Source: Planctomycetota bacterium
Lineage (GTDB): Bacteria > Planctomycetota > UBA8108 > SXIK01
Reading direction: 5' to 3'
Length of the DNA stretch: 64,000 nt
Assembly: GCA_965223265.1 (NCBI GenBank)
Contig: OZ244999.1
Location: 576,001 to 640,000, forward strand
Below are positions 10,961-21,228 of the stretch, one piece after another (position 1 is the stretch's first letter; each line of letters starts with the position of its first letter). A program made the position numbers and the translations under genes. The notes beneath the pieces are model-generated. The model had not been told where the DNA came from and did no database searches. It worked only from the letters and a program-made list of their open reading frames with translations.

Positions 10961-11026
10961 TGTAGATGTAGAGACGCCAAACCGGCCGCAGCTCGCTTCC
11001 CAATCGACCCGTAGGGGGACGGATCA

Positions 11027-12748
11027 ATGTTCGACTTCTCGCGCAAGGTAGAGATTCAGAAAGCCCGACATGCCCTGCGCGAGGGGCGGCTCGACGAGGC
11101 CTACGAGCTCGTCACGGCCGAGCACCTGCAGCAGCACCGCCAATGCCAGGTGCTGCGCGAACAACTCGTGGAGCCACTTCTTGAGCGCGCTCGCGATCAC
11201 TTTGAGCATGGCCGACTCGAGGCGGCGCAGGCCGACATCGAGCGCGCCCGGACCATCGGCGGGCGCCGCCGCGAAGTTGTTGCGCTGCACGAAGAGGTCT
11301 TTGCCGCGCGCGCGGACGCCAAGCGCGCACAGATCGATGAACGAGCCGCGATCGACTCGGCCAAGCGTCACGTCGTGGCGGGCGAACTGACGCGCGCCGG
11401 CGAGCGTCTCTTGGACGTCAAGGAAGAGAATCCGGCGCACGGTCGTCTCGAGCGACAGCTGCGGCTGAAACGAGAGGAAATTGATATGGCACTCGCCCGT
11501 GTTCGTCACCACCTGCAGAACGGCGAGATCGGAGCGGCTGCGGACGCCGCACGGCAGCTCCTTGAACCAGCCGGGCGCGATGCGGCGGCGCGTGAGCTCA
11601 TCGACGAGGTGAAGAAGGCGGCAGAGCGAACCGTGCGCGAGGCGTGGGAAGCAGGCCGCCTGGAGCGCGTGCGTGATTTAGCCGCGAGGCTCAACTCCCT
11701 CGCCGCCGGTGGTGCGTCGAGCGACGATTGGTCGACGGCGCTCGGCCTGGCGGACGAGGCGGCCGCTGCAGTCGCCGGTGGCGATTGGTCGGCGGCGAAG
11801 CTAGCGGTCGGTCGACTGAGAACGCTCCATTCGAAGGTCCCTTGGATCAAGGAAGCTGAGGCGCATCTGCGACAGCTCGAGGAGCGGTTGTACGCCCTCC
11901 GTTGTGGACCGCTCGGCGAGCCGCCAAAGGCAAAGTCAGACGCCATCGACGAGACCCAGCTCGTGGCGCCGCCCCTTGCCGGCGGGGCGCAGGCTGTGCC
12001 TGTCGGAGCACTCGGTGGTGCTTTCGGCGGTGATTTCGGCGGGGCTTTCGATGGCGGCGCCGGTGCGCCGGCGCGCTCGCCACTTGCGCCGCAGCAGCAG
12101 CCCAAGCCGCGCAGCCAAGACCGCGTGCTCATGCTCATCGACGGCATCGGCAGCTATCTTGTCCTCGCAGGCAGCCGCATTACGCTTGGGCGCGTCGGCT
12201 CGTCGGCGCGGCCGGACGTCGCACTCAACGCTGATCTCGAGGGTATCCATGCGGAGATCGTGCGTACGGACGGCGACTACTTCTTGCTCGCACGCGGCGC
12301 TGTGAACGTCGCCGGACGTCCAGTCGAGAAGCATCTGCTCGCCGACGGCGACGAGGTCGAGCTCGGTCGCAGGGCCAGTTTCAAGTTTCGCTTACCGACC
12401 AGCCTGAGTACGACTGCCGTTCTTGAGCTGGCAACGTCTCTGCGGCTGAGCGGGGACGTGCGTCGTGTCGTGCTCCTCGACCAACACCTTGTCGTCGGTA
12501 AGTCGGAAGACTGCCACATCACGGCACAGAGCGGTCCCGAGCGTCTTGTCCTGAGCAGGTCGGAGGCAGGGTTTCGAGTGAAATCGTCCGATCCACTTGT
12601 GATCGATCAGAAAGTCCTGGGCGAGCGCGCGGAGATCGGTCTCGATACCTGCGTGGAGACCGGCGGTCTCACCTTTACAATGACGGCAGCGTCGGCGGGC
12701 GAAGGGCCAGCGGACGGAACGCCAACAGGCGGAAGGGGACTGGCGTGA
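11027..12748 (+). CDS. Helical-repeat protein with C-terminal FHA-like domains
   Basis: Helical N-half; ITLGR...GIHAEIVRT...LADGDEVELG; overlaps kinase start. Confidence 0.75.
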   Translation: MFDFSRKVEIQKARHALREGRLDEAYELVTAEHLQQHRQCQVLREQLVEPLLERARDHFEHGRLEAAQADIERARTIGGRRREVVALHEEVFAARADAKRAQIDERAAIDSAKRHVVAGELTRAGERLLDVKEENPAHGRLERQLRLKREEIDMALARVRHHLQNGEIGAAADAARQLLEPAGRDAAARELIDEVKKAAERTVREAWEAGRLERVRDLAARLNSLAAGGASSDDWSTALGLADEAAAAVAGGDWSAAKLAVGRLRTLHSKVPWIKEAEAHLRQLEERLYALRCGPLGEPPKAKSDAIDETQLVAPPLAGGAQAVPVGALGGAFGGDFGGAFDGGAGAPARSPLAPQQQPKPRSQDRVLMLIDGIGSYLVLAGSRITLGRVGSSARPDVALNADLEGIHAEIVRTDGDYFLLARGAVNVAGRPVEKHLLADGDEVELGRRASFKFRLPTSLSTTAVLELATSLRLSGDVRRVVLLDQHLVVGKSEDCHITAQSGPERLVLSRSEAGFRVKSSDPLVIDQKVLGERAEIGLDTCVETGGLTFTMTAASAGEGPADGTPTGGRGLA

Positions 12749-15700
12749 GCTTTCGTTATCAACACGGCGACAGGCCGCTCCCAGGCTACACGATCCATCG
12801 CGGCGTTGGCCGCGGCGGCTTCGGGGAAGTCTACTACGCGCTCAGTGACGGCGGCCGTGAGGTAGCTCTGAAAGCGATCTTCTTCAACCAGGAGATCGAG
12901 CTGCGCGGTGTGCGGCAATGCATCAACCTCAAGAGCCCCCAACTCGTCTCCATCTTCGACGTCCGTCCCGGCGAAGATGGCACGCCGTTCGTCATCATGG
13001 AGTATGTTACGGGCCCGTCGCTGCGCGATCTGTTGCGTTCGCATCCGCAAGGGCTCGGCGCCCAGAAGACCGGTTTCCTGACACGTGAGATTGCCAAGGG
13101 ACTGGTGTATCTCCACGAGCGCGGAATCGTCCACCGCGACCTCAAGCCGGAGAACATTTTCTACGAGGACGGGTTCGTCAAGATCGGCGACTACGGCCTC
13201 TCGAAGTTCATCAACGCATCGCACCAAAGCGGGCAGACGATCAGTGTTGGCACCGTGCACTACATGGCGCCGGAGATCGGTTCGGGGAATTACCACAAGG
13301 GCATCGATATCTACGCTCTCGGTGTCATTCTTTACGAGCTACTGACCGGCGACGTCCCCTTCAAGGGCGATAGCTTCGGCGAAATCCTCATGCGTCACCT
13401 GACCACGGAGCCCGATCTCGCGAAGCTCGACGAGCCTTTTCGCGACGTGGTGGCGCGCGCCATGGCGAAGAAGCCAGAGGAGCGCTACCAGTCGGCAGAA
13501 GAGCTTGCCTCCGATCTCTTTCGCAGTGACGATCTGAGCTCAAGTGTGGCGGCCTTCAATCCAGCGACGTTGTCGCAGGCGGCGCGTCGTGCGGGCGAAG
13601 AACTTGGCGCCGCTCGGCCGGCTTCGCGAGCGCCGAACGCCGTCGTTGGACCTGCGGACGGCGCCAGATCACCTGCAACAGCCCAGCCCGCAGCCAACGC
13701 TGCGGCTGGTGGCGTCGCTGCGGACCCAGCGGCGGCGACCGTGAAAACGCCGCCGCCCGCTCCGGCAAGCGACGGAGCCACGCCGTACGCGGCGACGCCG
13801 AATACGCCAACGCCGCCGCCGAGTCCGCGGCCCGCCGAAGGTGTGCGACGGCCGCGCTTGGTTGCGGAGACTGCCGCGCGGCTTGATCCGATGACGAGCG
13901 CAGACCGGATGGGGCGTTTCTCGTTCTTCGTCGCTTGTGTGGGGATTTTCGCGGCGCTTTTCATGGGCATCGGCTACGCGGTCGGTATCTCATTGGCTGC
14001 CGCGGGTGCCGCATTCGCTGTGTTTCTGGCGCAGACGACTTTGGCAAAGCGCTTTCAGGTGACGAGCTGGTTCGGGCGCAACTTGATGGCGGGGGCCGTC
14101 GGCGCGTTGCCGGCGATCCTCGGAGCCGAGATGGCAGTGAGGGCGCGCTACGACGAAGAGAGTATGATGGCGGTACTCATCGGGATGTTCTTCGTCCATT
14201 GGCATGATCGCGTTGATCCCTTGCGCTTCTCTCGCGTGCAGGTTGGCAGTGCTATGACGGCTGCGTTTTGGGGCATAATCGTGGCCGCGATATGCGGTGC
14301 CGATGGCTTTTTCGTCGCCGGTGTGCTTGGGTTGACATCGCTTCTCGTCAACGACTTGGCGCCGTTTGCGCCGCACGAGCGGCGGCGGCATTTCGCGCGG
14401 GGCGACGCCTCGGCCTCGCCTTCCCCGACGACTGCGACGTCTCCCGCAGCGGCGTCTCCCACGGTGAAGTCTCCCACCGTGCCGACCGGCGGCACGGGGG
14501 AATCGGGTTGGTCGTGGGAAGAAGTCTCGGATAAGGTCACCGCCGCCGTCGATCACGCCCGGCAGCGCACGCAGCAAGCCTTCGGGCGCTCCGCTTCGGG
14601 TAGCGCGTCGGCACCCGAGGTGCCCGGACCGCGGCCGCTGGCGGAGTATCCACCGAGCACGCTCACACGCGTGTTTTGGGTGCTCGCCGGTGCCACCATG
14701 GCGGCCGCCGCCGTACCGCTGATCGTGGCCCACTTCTTTGTTCGGCTCCGGCCAGACGAGGCGCTCGCCTGCAGCGCCTTCGGGATGGCCTGCGTTGGTT
14801 TTTCTGGATTCAGTTTTTACCGCGGCATCTGGGCACGACTGCCGACTTTCTGGGGGCGCACTCTGCATCCATTCCTTCTCGTCACGACGGCGACGTCGGC
14901 GACGATCTGCGCCGCGCTGTTTGTCTTAGCGCCGAGTTTGGGTTTGATCGCGCCGCATCACCGCGAGGAGCACATCTTGATCCTGTGCGCCCTCCTCGGT
15001 TCGGTGTTTCTCTTCGGCTTGGTTCTCGTCGTCAACCATCTCTTCCCTCGTCAGACGCGAGCGCTCGATTGGCGCGACGTGCCGCGTCACTTGCGGCCGG
15101 TCCCACTCGTCTTTCGGGCCGCGAATCTCTTCCTCGGGGCCAGTGCCCTTGTCGGCGCGGTGGCGTCGTTTTCTGTCGGCCTCATGAGCAGTCACTCCCA
15201 TCGCGAGGAGAAGCTCGCGTTCCTCGGATTGAGCGTTGGTCTTCTCTTTGGCGCGGTGTTTTTCGTGCGCCAGGGATTACGAAGGCGCCGTGGCTTCATT
15301 TGGAACGGACGGCTGCGGCCCTTTCTGATCACGCTGGCTGGCGCTGCAGTCACTGTGTGCGCGCTGCCTCTCTTGCTCGACATTCGGCTTCATGGCGAGG
15401 AGCAAATGGTCCTGCTGACGATTGCCAGCATTGCGACCAGCTTTGGCGTTGCGGTCTTTTTTCTTCGCCCGCCGGGCCAAGTGGCTGAGTCGCCGCTGAC
15501 TGCGCCGCTCAACGAACTTGGGTTACCTGGGAGCGAAAAGCCGCTTTCGAGCTGGTCGAGCTGTGGACTCGTGTCCTGGATGTTGGCGCTGGCTGCCGGC
15601 ATCTCAGCGGTCGCTTATCGCTTGGGGCTTCTGACTGCAGGCCCTCTTGCCAGTCACGTCGGTGACGAGCTCCTGCTCTTCGCCCGCGGGCCGGCGCTTC

Positions 15701-16116
15701 TGTGTACCGTGCTCTTCGCTGCGGCGGGAGTTTTTTGCATTCTGATCGGCCGTCGCCATCTGGGCGGGGCACACCTCGTGCGGGCGGTGATCGGTCAGCT
15801 CTGTCTCGCCTTTGGCCTCTGGGCGTTTTTCGACATTGCGTTTCAGGCCAGTGTCGATGCCGGCGGCGCCCCACTCGTCGGCCGCGCGACCGAGGAGGTG
15901 TTCAGCTTTCTGGTCGCCAGTGTCTTTTCCGTCGCATGCGGCATCGTTCTCCTCATCTGGCCCGCCCGCGCGGCGCACGAGGCGCGGGAAGAAGCGCAGC
16001 CTGAATCGCCGCGGCGGCGACGACCGGGATCGGCTCCCGCCTCTGTCACATCGTTCTTCTTCGCAGGGAGTGTCGCGTTGGTGCTCCTGCTCTTGGCTCT
16101 ATCGCTATTGGCATGA
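12745..16116 (+). CDS. Ser/Thr protein kinase with multi-TM C-terminal region
   Basis: GRGGFGEV, VALK, HRDLKPEN, DYG, GTVHYMAPE; many hydrophobic helices follow. Confidence 0.9.
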   Translation: MSFRYQHGDRPLPGYTIHRGVGRGGFGEVYYALSDGGREVALKAIFFNQEIELRGVRQCINLKSPQLVSIFDVRPGEDGTPFVIMEYVTGPSLRDLLRSHPQGLGAQKTGFLTREIAKGLVYLHERGIVHRDLKPENIFYEDGFVKIGDYGLSKFINASHQSGQTISVGTVHYMAPEIGSGNYHKGIDIYALGVILYELLTGDVPFKGDSFGEILMRHLTTEPDLAKLDEPFRDVVARAMAKKPEERYQSAEELASDLFRSDDLSSSVAAFNPATLSQAARRAGEELGAARPASRAPNAVVGPADGARSPATAQPAANAAAGGVAADPAAATVKTPPPAPASDGATPYAATPNTPTPPPSPRPAEGVRRPRLVAETAARLDPMTSADRMGRFSFFVACVGIFAALFMGIGYAVGISLAAAGAAFAVFLAQTTLAKRFQVTSWFGRNLMAGAVGALPAILGAEMAVRARYDEESMMAVLIGMFFVHWHDRVDPLRFSRVQVGSAMTAAFWGIIVAAICGADGFFVAGVLGLTSLLVNDLAPFAPHERRRHFARGDASASPSPTTATSPAAASPTVKSPTVPTGGTGESGWSWEEVSDKVTAAVDHARQRTQQAFGRSASGSASAPEVPGPRPLAEYPPSTLTRVFWVLAGATMAAAAVPLIVAHFFVRLRPDEALACSAFGMACVGFSGFSFYRGIWARLPTFWGRTLHPFLLVTTATSATICAALFVLAPSLGLIAPHHREEHILILCALLGSVFLFGLVLVVNHLFPRQTRALDWRDVPRHLRPVPLVFRAANLFLGASALVGAVASFSVGLMSSHSHREEKLAFLGLSVGLLFGAVFFVRQGLRRRRGFIWNGRLRPFLITLAGAAVTVCALPLLLDIRLHGEEQMVLLTIASIATSFGVAVFFLRPPGQVAESPLTAPLNELGLPGSEKPLSSWSSCGLVSWMLALAAGISAVAYRLGLLTAGPLASHVGDELLLFARGPALLCTVLFAAAGVFCILIGRRHLGGAHLVRAVIGQLCLAFGLWAFFDIAFQASVDAGGAPLVGRATEEVFSFLVASVFSVACGIVLLIWPARAAHEAREEAQPESPRRRRPGSAPASVTSFFFAGSVALVLLLLALSLLA

Positions 16117-16125
16117 GGGGGACGG

Positions 16126-17427
16126 ATGGAAGTTGCCGCTGAAAGTAACCTCTCGTGGGCCTTTGTTCTTTTCAGCTGTTTCCTAGCGCTGCTCGTTGGC
16201 GCGGCGTTCGCTGCCGTGGCGCGGCGTCCATCACCGGCGACCTTCTGGCTGGCGAGTGGGTTCGCACTTGTGGCCATTCTTGTCGTGTTTTCCTATCGGT
16301 CCGTCGCGACGGGGTCTTTCGCGGCTCTCCACGCGCTGAGCACGTCTGCCCCCCGATGTGGCCGCCTTGGCGTCGGCATTCTCTTTGCACTCGGTGTGAT
16401 GATCGCGTTCGCGGTGCGTCGCGGTGTTGTCTCCAAGGGGAGCGGTGAGACTGCGCCTTCGACGCCGAGCGCGTCTTCCACGGCTGCCGTCACGCCAAAG
16501 CCGCCGGCGCCGCGGCCACGTCTGCCGCTGGTGGCACTCGCGGCGGCCGCCACGATTGCGCTGCTTCTGATGCTGTCGTACTCGACGGTGCGTCGACAGG
16601 AAATCGTTGAGTGGCAAGAGGCGGCGATGTCGCGCCGCGTCTCTGATCGCGCTGAAGCTGCTGTGCGCGCGAGAACCGGCGTCTCGGAGCGCGCAGGATC
16701 TGCTACGCCCGCGAGAATCCAGGGCGAGAGCGGACCTGGAACAGCAGCGCCTGGAACATTTGCGCGCGACGCCGGCGCGAAGCAGCCCTCCACGGCAAGG
16801 CGGGTTTGGGACGATGATGACGGCTTTGCCTGGGTCAGGCACGGTTCGCACGGGCGCAGCAGCGAGCGGCCTTCGTGGCTGGAGCACGGTTTGACCTGTA
16901 CGCGGGAAGTGCACGCCGAGAATTCCGATCCGTATGTTGTCGCCTATTCGCCGCTTGCCACGACAGAGGGAGAAGCGATCAGCATCGCGCAGAAAGAGGG
17001 ATTGGACCTCATCGCCCGGGAATCCGTGGATGAGTTCTCATCGCGTTTGCCTCAGGTCAGTCGCAAGGCGATTGAAGATGCCGCGATCGAGTTGATCGCT
17101 CTGCGTTATGGTTTGCGCGTTCGGACGTACGTCGAGTCGGCGGTCAAGGACGGAAACAGGGTTTACCGCGCCGCCGTCAAGATCTCTGCGTATGAATCGC
17201 TGAAACCATGGCTTGAGGGCCAACTGACGACACGTTTCTACGGCGGCGGCGAGTCGCTGCTTGCGGGTCTGATCTTTTTCACGCTCGCCTTTGCCATGTT
17301 TCTCGTCGTGGTGATCGTGCGCGCCAATCGCGCCGGTTCGTGGCAGCTACCGCTTCAGGGAGTGGCTGCCGGGCTGCTCATTGCACTCTTCGTCGTCGTC
17401 TCCTACGCTGTGCGGCAGTTCGTGTGA
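16126..17427 (+). CDS. Hypothetical membrane protein
   Basis: 433 aa, N- and C-terminal TM helices, GAGGGG RBS, in operon. Confidence 0.7.
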   Translation: MEVAAESNLSWAFVLFSCFLALLVGAAFAAVARRPSPATFWLASGFALVAILVVFSYRSVATGSFAALHALSTSAPRCGRLGVGILFALGVMIAFAVRRGVVSKGSGETAPSTPSASSTAAVTPKPPAPRPRLPLVALAAAATIALLLMLSYSTVRRQEIVEWQEAAMSRRVSDRAEAAVRARTGVSERAGSATPARIQGESGPGTAAPGTFARDAGAKQPSTARRVWDDDDGFAWVRHGSHGRSSERPSWLEHGLTCTREVHAENSDPYVVAYSPLATTEGEAISIAQKEGLDLIARESVDEFSSRLPQVSRKAIEDAAIELIALRYGLRVRTYVESAVKDGNRVYRAAVKISAYESLKPWLEGQLTTRFYGGGESLLAGLIFFTLAFAMFLVVVIVRANRAGSWQLPLQGVAAGLLIALFVVVSYAVRQFV

Positions 17428-17481
17428 GGTCTCTCTGGCCGCTGGATTTCTTCGCGCGCATCGTCGCCGGACTGGAAAACC

Positions 17482-18384
17482 ATGGAGCGGGATCAACTGC
17501 AGGGTGAGGGTGATCGCTTCCTGATCGAGGAGGTGCGCGCGGGGTCGGCCGATGGTTTTCGGCGCTTGGTTGATCGTTATGGCGGCCGTCTGAAGGCCTA
17601 CGCCTCGCGGAAGCTTTACGGCACAGGGCTCGATCCCGAAGACGCGGTGCAGGAGACGTTTTTGTCGCTCGTGAGGGCGCTCGATCAGCTCGAGGGTGTG
17701 CGGTCGCTGCAGGCCTACCTGTTCACGATCCTTCGCCGGCGGATTGCCGACATGGCGCGAGCCCGCGGACCGGGCGGCACGCCGGTATCCATCGACGTGA
17801 GCGAAAGTTCGCGAGCGCGCCCGGTACTCGCCGCCGACGAAAGCACACCGAGCACCTACGCGCGCCGTGCTGAGGCGGTCGACGTGCGGCGCCTCGTTCT
17901 AGCCGACGTGCTCGACACTCTTCTCGCTCGCCTCAAGGAAAAGAAGGAGTTTCGCCACCTGAAGATCCTCGAGCTCATCTTCGTACATCGGAAGAGCCAA
18001 CAAGACATCGCGGCGATCGTGAAGACAAGCGAGCCGACCGTCTCACGCACCCGCAAGTCGCTCGTCGAGGAACTCCGCAGGTTGGTCGCCCGCCACGCGC
18101 AGGCCGACGCGCTGCAAGATCTGACGGCGGAGCAGGAAGTCGATGGCCTCATCACGGAGGTATGGCACGAAAACCTGTTCACCTGCGTCAAGCGCAGCAC
18201 GCTCGGCTCCTACGCGCTCGACGTCTTGGAGGCCGATTGGGCCGACTACGTCCGTTTCCATCTCGAGACGCTCGGCTGCGAATTCTGCGCCGCGCACCTC
18301 GCCGACGTCGAACGAGGCGGAGAGCGGATCTCGGCCTCGACGCGCGATCGGATTTTTATGTCGAGTGTTGGTTTTTTGAAGTGA
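17482..18384 (+). CDS. ECF RNA polymerase sigma factor with C-terminal Cys/His extension
   Basis: EDAVQETF, YLFTILRRRIAD, region 4 HTH SQQDIA...SEPTVSR; tail TCVKRS...FHLETLGCEFC. Confidence 0.88.
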   Translation: MERDQLQGEGDRFLIEEVRAGSADGFRRLVDRYGGRLKAYASRKLYGTGLDPEDAVQETFLSLVRALDQLEGVRSLQAYLFTILRRRIADMARARGPGGTPVSIDVSESSRARPVLAADESTPSTYARRAEAVDVRRLVLADVLDTLLARLKEKKEFRHLKILELIFVHRKSQQDIAAIVKTSEPTVSRTRKSLVEELRRLVARHAQADALQDLTAEQEVDGLITEVWHENLFTCVKRSTLGSYALDVLEADWADYVRFHLETLGCEFCAAHLADVERGGERISASTRDRIFMSSVGFLK

Positions 18385-18399
18385 GCGGGGGGTGAAGTC

Positions 18400-18540
18400 C
18401 TCCTGCGCTAGAAACGATCGCCTCTGCTGGCGATCCGACACGAGACGGACGTTTTTCACCAGCGGAAAGCTGTCGCTCGCCTCACCGAGGGGCCGATTTC
18501 TCCGTCGGACTAAAAACGAACCTGGGACGGGATTCTCGGA
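18400..18540 (+). mobile_element. Right-end remnant of the Y1/HUH element, ending in the junction motif
   Basis: CTAGAAACGATCGCCTCTG...GGCGATCCG resembles 22239-22290; AAAAACGAACCTGGGACGGGATT begins at 18512. Confidence 0.7.
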
Positions 18541-18577
18541 TTCTCCGGAAACACGCGCCCCCTCGCGTGCCCGAGAT

Positions 18578-19180
18578 CTACTGCACCCACGACTTGGCGA
18601 AATCGGACGGCCAGTAGCGCTCGGGGAGTGGCATGGCAACGAACGGCGCTGTTGGTCTCACGACCACCGGTAAAAAAGAAGAGCAAAGACGTCGCCCGGG
18701 AAGATGCTTACGGACAAAGTACGTCGTCGAAACCTGACAGCGGTGGGCCGGACTGATCGAATGGGGAACGGGCAGGCCGTAAACGCGCGTCATTTCGTCG
18801 GTCAAGTAATCGGCGATCCCAAAGAGCTCCGGGTCGGTTGGCTCCGTGTTCTTGAGGCCATAGAGTTGGTGCGCCACGTCCTTGAGGTACTGCGGATCGG
18901 CGCGGTCGCCGGCGTCCAAGGAGTAGACCAGCTCGCCAGGGCAATCGTCGTTCCCGTCCTCGAACATCAGAGCGTTCGCTTGGATGACGTGCCCCCACAC
19001 AACGACGCCCTCAGAGAAGAGACTGCGCAGGTTCGCGAAGATAATCGTCAGTTTGTCGGTCGGACACTGGCGAAGCCACGACGGTGTCGGCACACGGAAA
19101 TAGGTCAACCGGTCCCAAAACGACAAGTCGCGAGGCGCGGGACCGAAGTTTGCGATGCATTCACGAATCATCTCTTGCAT
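18578..19180 (-). CDS. Orphan cassette gene, putative immunity protein
   Basis: 200-aa ORF bracketed by junction motifs (18512 and ~19210), same strand as the other immunity genes. Confidence 0.6.
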   Translation of the reverse strand: MQEMIRECIANFGPAPRDLSFWDRLTYFRVPTPSWLRQCPTDKLTIIFANLRSLFSEGVVVWGHVIQANALMFEDGNDDCPGELVYSLDAGDRADPQYLKDVAHQLYGLKNTEPTDPELFGIADYLTDEMTRVYGLPVPHSISPAHRCQVSTTYFVRKHLPGRRLCSSFLPVVVRPTAPFVAMPLPERYWPSDFAKSWVQ

Positions 19181-19245
19181 TAGACGCTCGAAGTCTCCTC
19201 TCGAATGGTTCGAGGTTCGTGTTGCCTACGAATCTACGAATCCGT

Positions 19246-20783
19246 CAGTAGTGTTCGGCACGCTTTGTGCTTCGTCCCCCGGCCGGCTGACACGAACAAG
19301 GCTGCGACTCTTCGCGAGGAATCACAAGGCTGTAAGTCATCGCAGTGATGAGACTTACGAAATCGCTAGAATTTTGAGGAGCTTTGTCGCATCCTATAGC
19401 GCGTTGCGAAACGGCTATGGGAAGCACAGAGATGGCCAGATCCGGTGTTCGTAAGCTCCGGGCAGAGGACATTCAGGGTCGCAAGTATCTGAAGGTCTTC
19501 AACGAGATGCTCGGCAAGTTGAGGCTGCATGCTGATCAGGATGGTGCAGCGGCGAAGAACCGAAAGCTCCATTTTGATCACTACGTCGGTCTCCTGCTTC
19601 TTTACTACTACACGCCCGTGCTGACGAGCTTGCGCTCCATACAGCGCGCCAGCGAGCTGAAGAATGTGCAACGGATGTTGGGCTGCTCACGCGCGGCGCT
19701 GGGCTCGCTGAGCGAAGCTTCTTCCGTCTTCGATCCCGCCGTTCTGCGAGAAGTCATCAGGAATCTGGCCTCGGAAGTAGAAGTTCAGGGTGACGTGTCG
19801 AACAAAGCCCTGGAAGGTCTCACCGCGGTTGACGGGACACTTCTGAAAGCCATCCCTAAGATGACCTGGGCACTGTGGCGTCGTGACGAAAAAAACCGTG
19901 CTGCGAAAGTGCACCTGGTTTTCGACATACTGCGCCAAGCTCCAGCAGACGCTACTCTGACGGATGCGAATGCCTCGGAGAAACAGCAGTTGCGTGGCAT
20001 GTTGGAGAAGGGACGTTTCTACGTTCTCGACGCAGGATATGCGCAGTACAAGCTATTCGCGGACATTATCGATGTAGGTAGCTCGTTCGTCTGTCGTATT
20101 CGTGACGACGCGGCCTGGAAACTGATCGAAACGCGAGAGATAAGCTCGGAAGCAGAGGCTGCGGGAGTTGAGCTGGACGTGGTTGTGCGGATTGGTTGTC
20201 CAAACACTCGAGCTAGAATCAAACGCCCCGTCCGAGTGATCAAGGTTCAGCCACCGTCAATTGACGGAGTGCAGCGTGACCCGATGTTTTTGGCAACCGA
20301 TAGGCTCGATCTTGACGCCGAACTGGTTGCGCTGGCGTATCGTCACCGCTGGTCAGTGGAGCTCTTCTTCAAATGGTTCAAGTGCATTCTGGGCTGTCGT
20401 CAACTCCTGAGTCACAGCGAAAGAGGCCTAACGATTCAGGTTTACATGGGAATCATCGCGAGCCTGCTAATCAGTGTCTGGATCAGGCGAAAGCCGACCA
20501 AAGCCACGCTGGAGATGCTTTGGTTCTACATGTCTGGAATGGCCGATGACGAGGAACTGATCGCGCACGTCGAGCGGTTGCAAAAGCACGCGAAAAGCTG
20601 ACGAAGGGTCCCCCGCAATCCTGTCGGTGACTCGGCGGTTCCCCATCCCTCGAATTGATCGAAACGACTTGATTCGGGCACGCGCATCCCACATCGCTTG
20701 AGCGCAACGGGCAGTCGGACGGAGAATCCTTATGTGTCCAGCCCGTGGCTCCGTAGCAGCAAAATGAGGGCCGAACACTACTG
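19246..20783 (+). mobile_element. IS4-family insertion sequence
   Basis: 14-bp terminal IRs CAGTAGTGTTCGGC / GCCGAACACTACTG; 9-bp TSD CGAATCCGT at 19237-19245 and 20784-20792. Confidence 0.93.
19432..20601 (+). CDS. IS4 family DDE transposase
   Basis: AVDGT, VLDAGY, YRHRWSVELFFKWFK (YREK signature). Confidence 0.93.
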   Translation: MARSGVRKLRAEDIQGRKYLKVFNEMLGKLRLHADQDGAAAKNRKLHFDHYVGLLLLYYYTPVLTSLRSIQRASELKNVQRMLGCSRAALGSLSEASSVFDPAVLREVIRNLASEVEVQGDVSNKALEGLTAVDGTLLKAIPKMTWALWRRDEKNRAAKVHLVFDILRQAPADATLTDANASEKQQLRGMLEKGRFYVLDAGYAQYKLFADIIDVGSSFVCRIRDDAAWKLIETREISSEAEAAGVELDVVVRIGCPNTRARIKRPVRVIKVQPPSIDGVQRDPMFLATDRLDLDAELVALAYRHRWSVELFFKWFKCILGCRQLLSHSERGLTIQVYMGIIASLLISVWIRRKPTKATLEMLWFYMSGMADDEELIAHVERLQKHAKS

Positions 20784-20789
20784 CGAATC

Positions 20790-21000
20790 CGTCCGAGGTT
20801 CATTTTCCCGTCTCGTCGCCGCTTGCTCGGTCACATAGAAAGCAAGATATCGTCACAAATCGACAAAAAAGGCACAGTTATCGCGAAAACGCGGCAGTTC
20901 AACGATACTGTCTGATCCCTGCCTGATCGATCCCTGCCTGATCCTGACCGAGGTTCGTTTGCGCATGCCTGATCTTGATCTGCCTGACCGAGGTTCGTTT
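20790..21000. repeat. Left-end motifs (G(T/A)CCGAGGTTC(G/A)TTT x3) with stutters and a duplicated left-end remnant
   Basis: Motifs near 20791, 20946 and 20986; GATCCCTGCCT duplicated; AGCAAGATATCGTCACAAATCG at 20841 and 21026. Confidence 0.8.
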
Positions 21001-21228
21001 TCTCCCGGTGTGAGGTCAAACAGACAGCAAGATATCGTCACAAATCGAAGAAAAAAGCGCCGATGTCAATTTTGACCGTCCGCATGCGAACAGTTGTAGC
21101 GAGTACGCAACAACTGGGTGATCCATCGAGAGTCGGCACTCTCGACGAGTCCGAGTCCTCACACCGACTTACGTCATATTTGCGTGTCCGTGTGGGAGTG
21201 GAACAGCGTTTGCGTATAGGTTGCGGCG

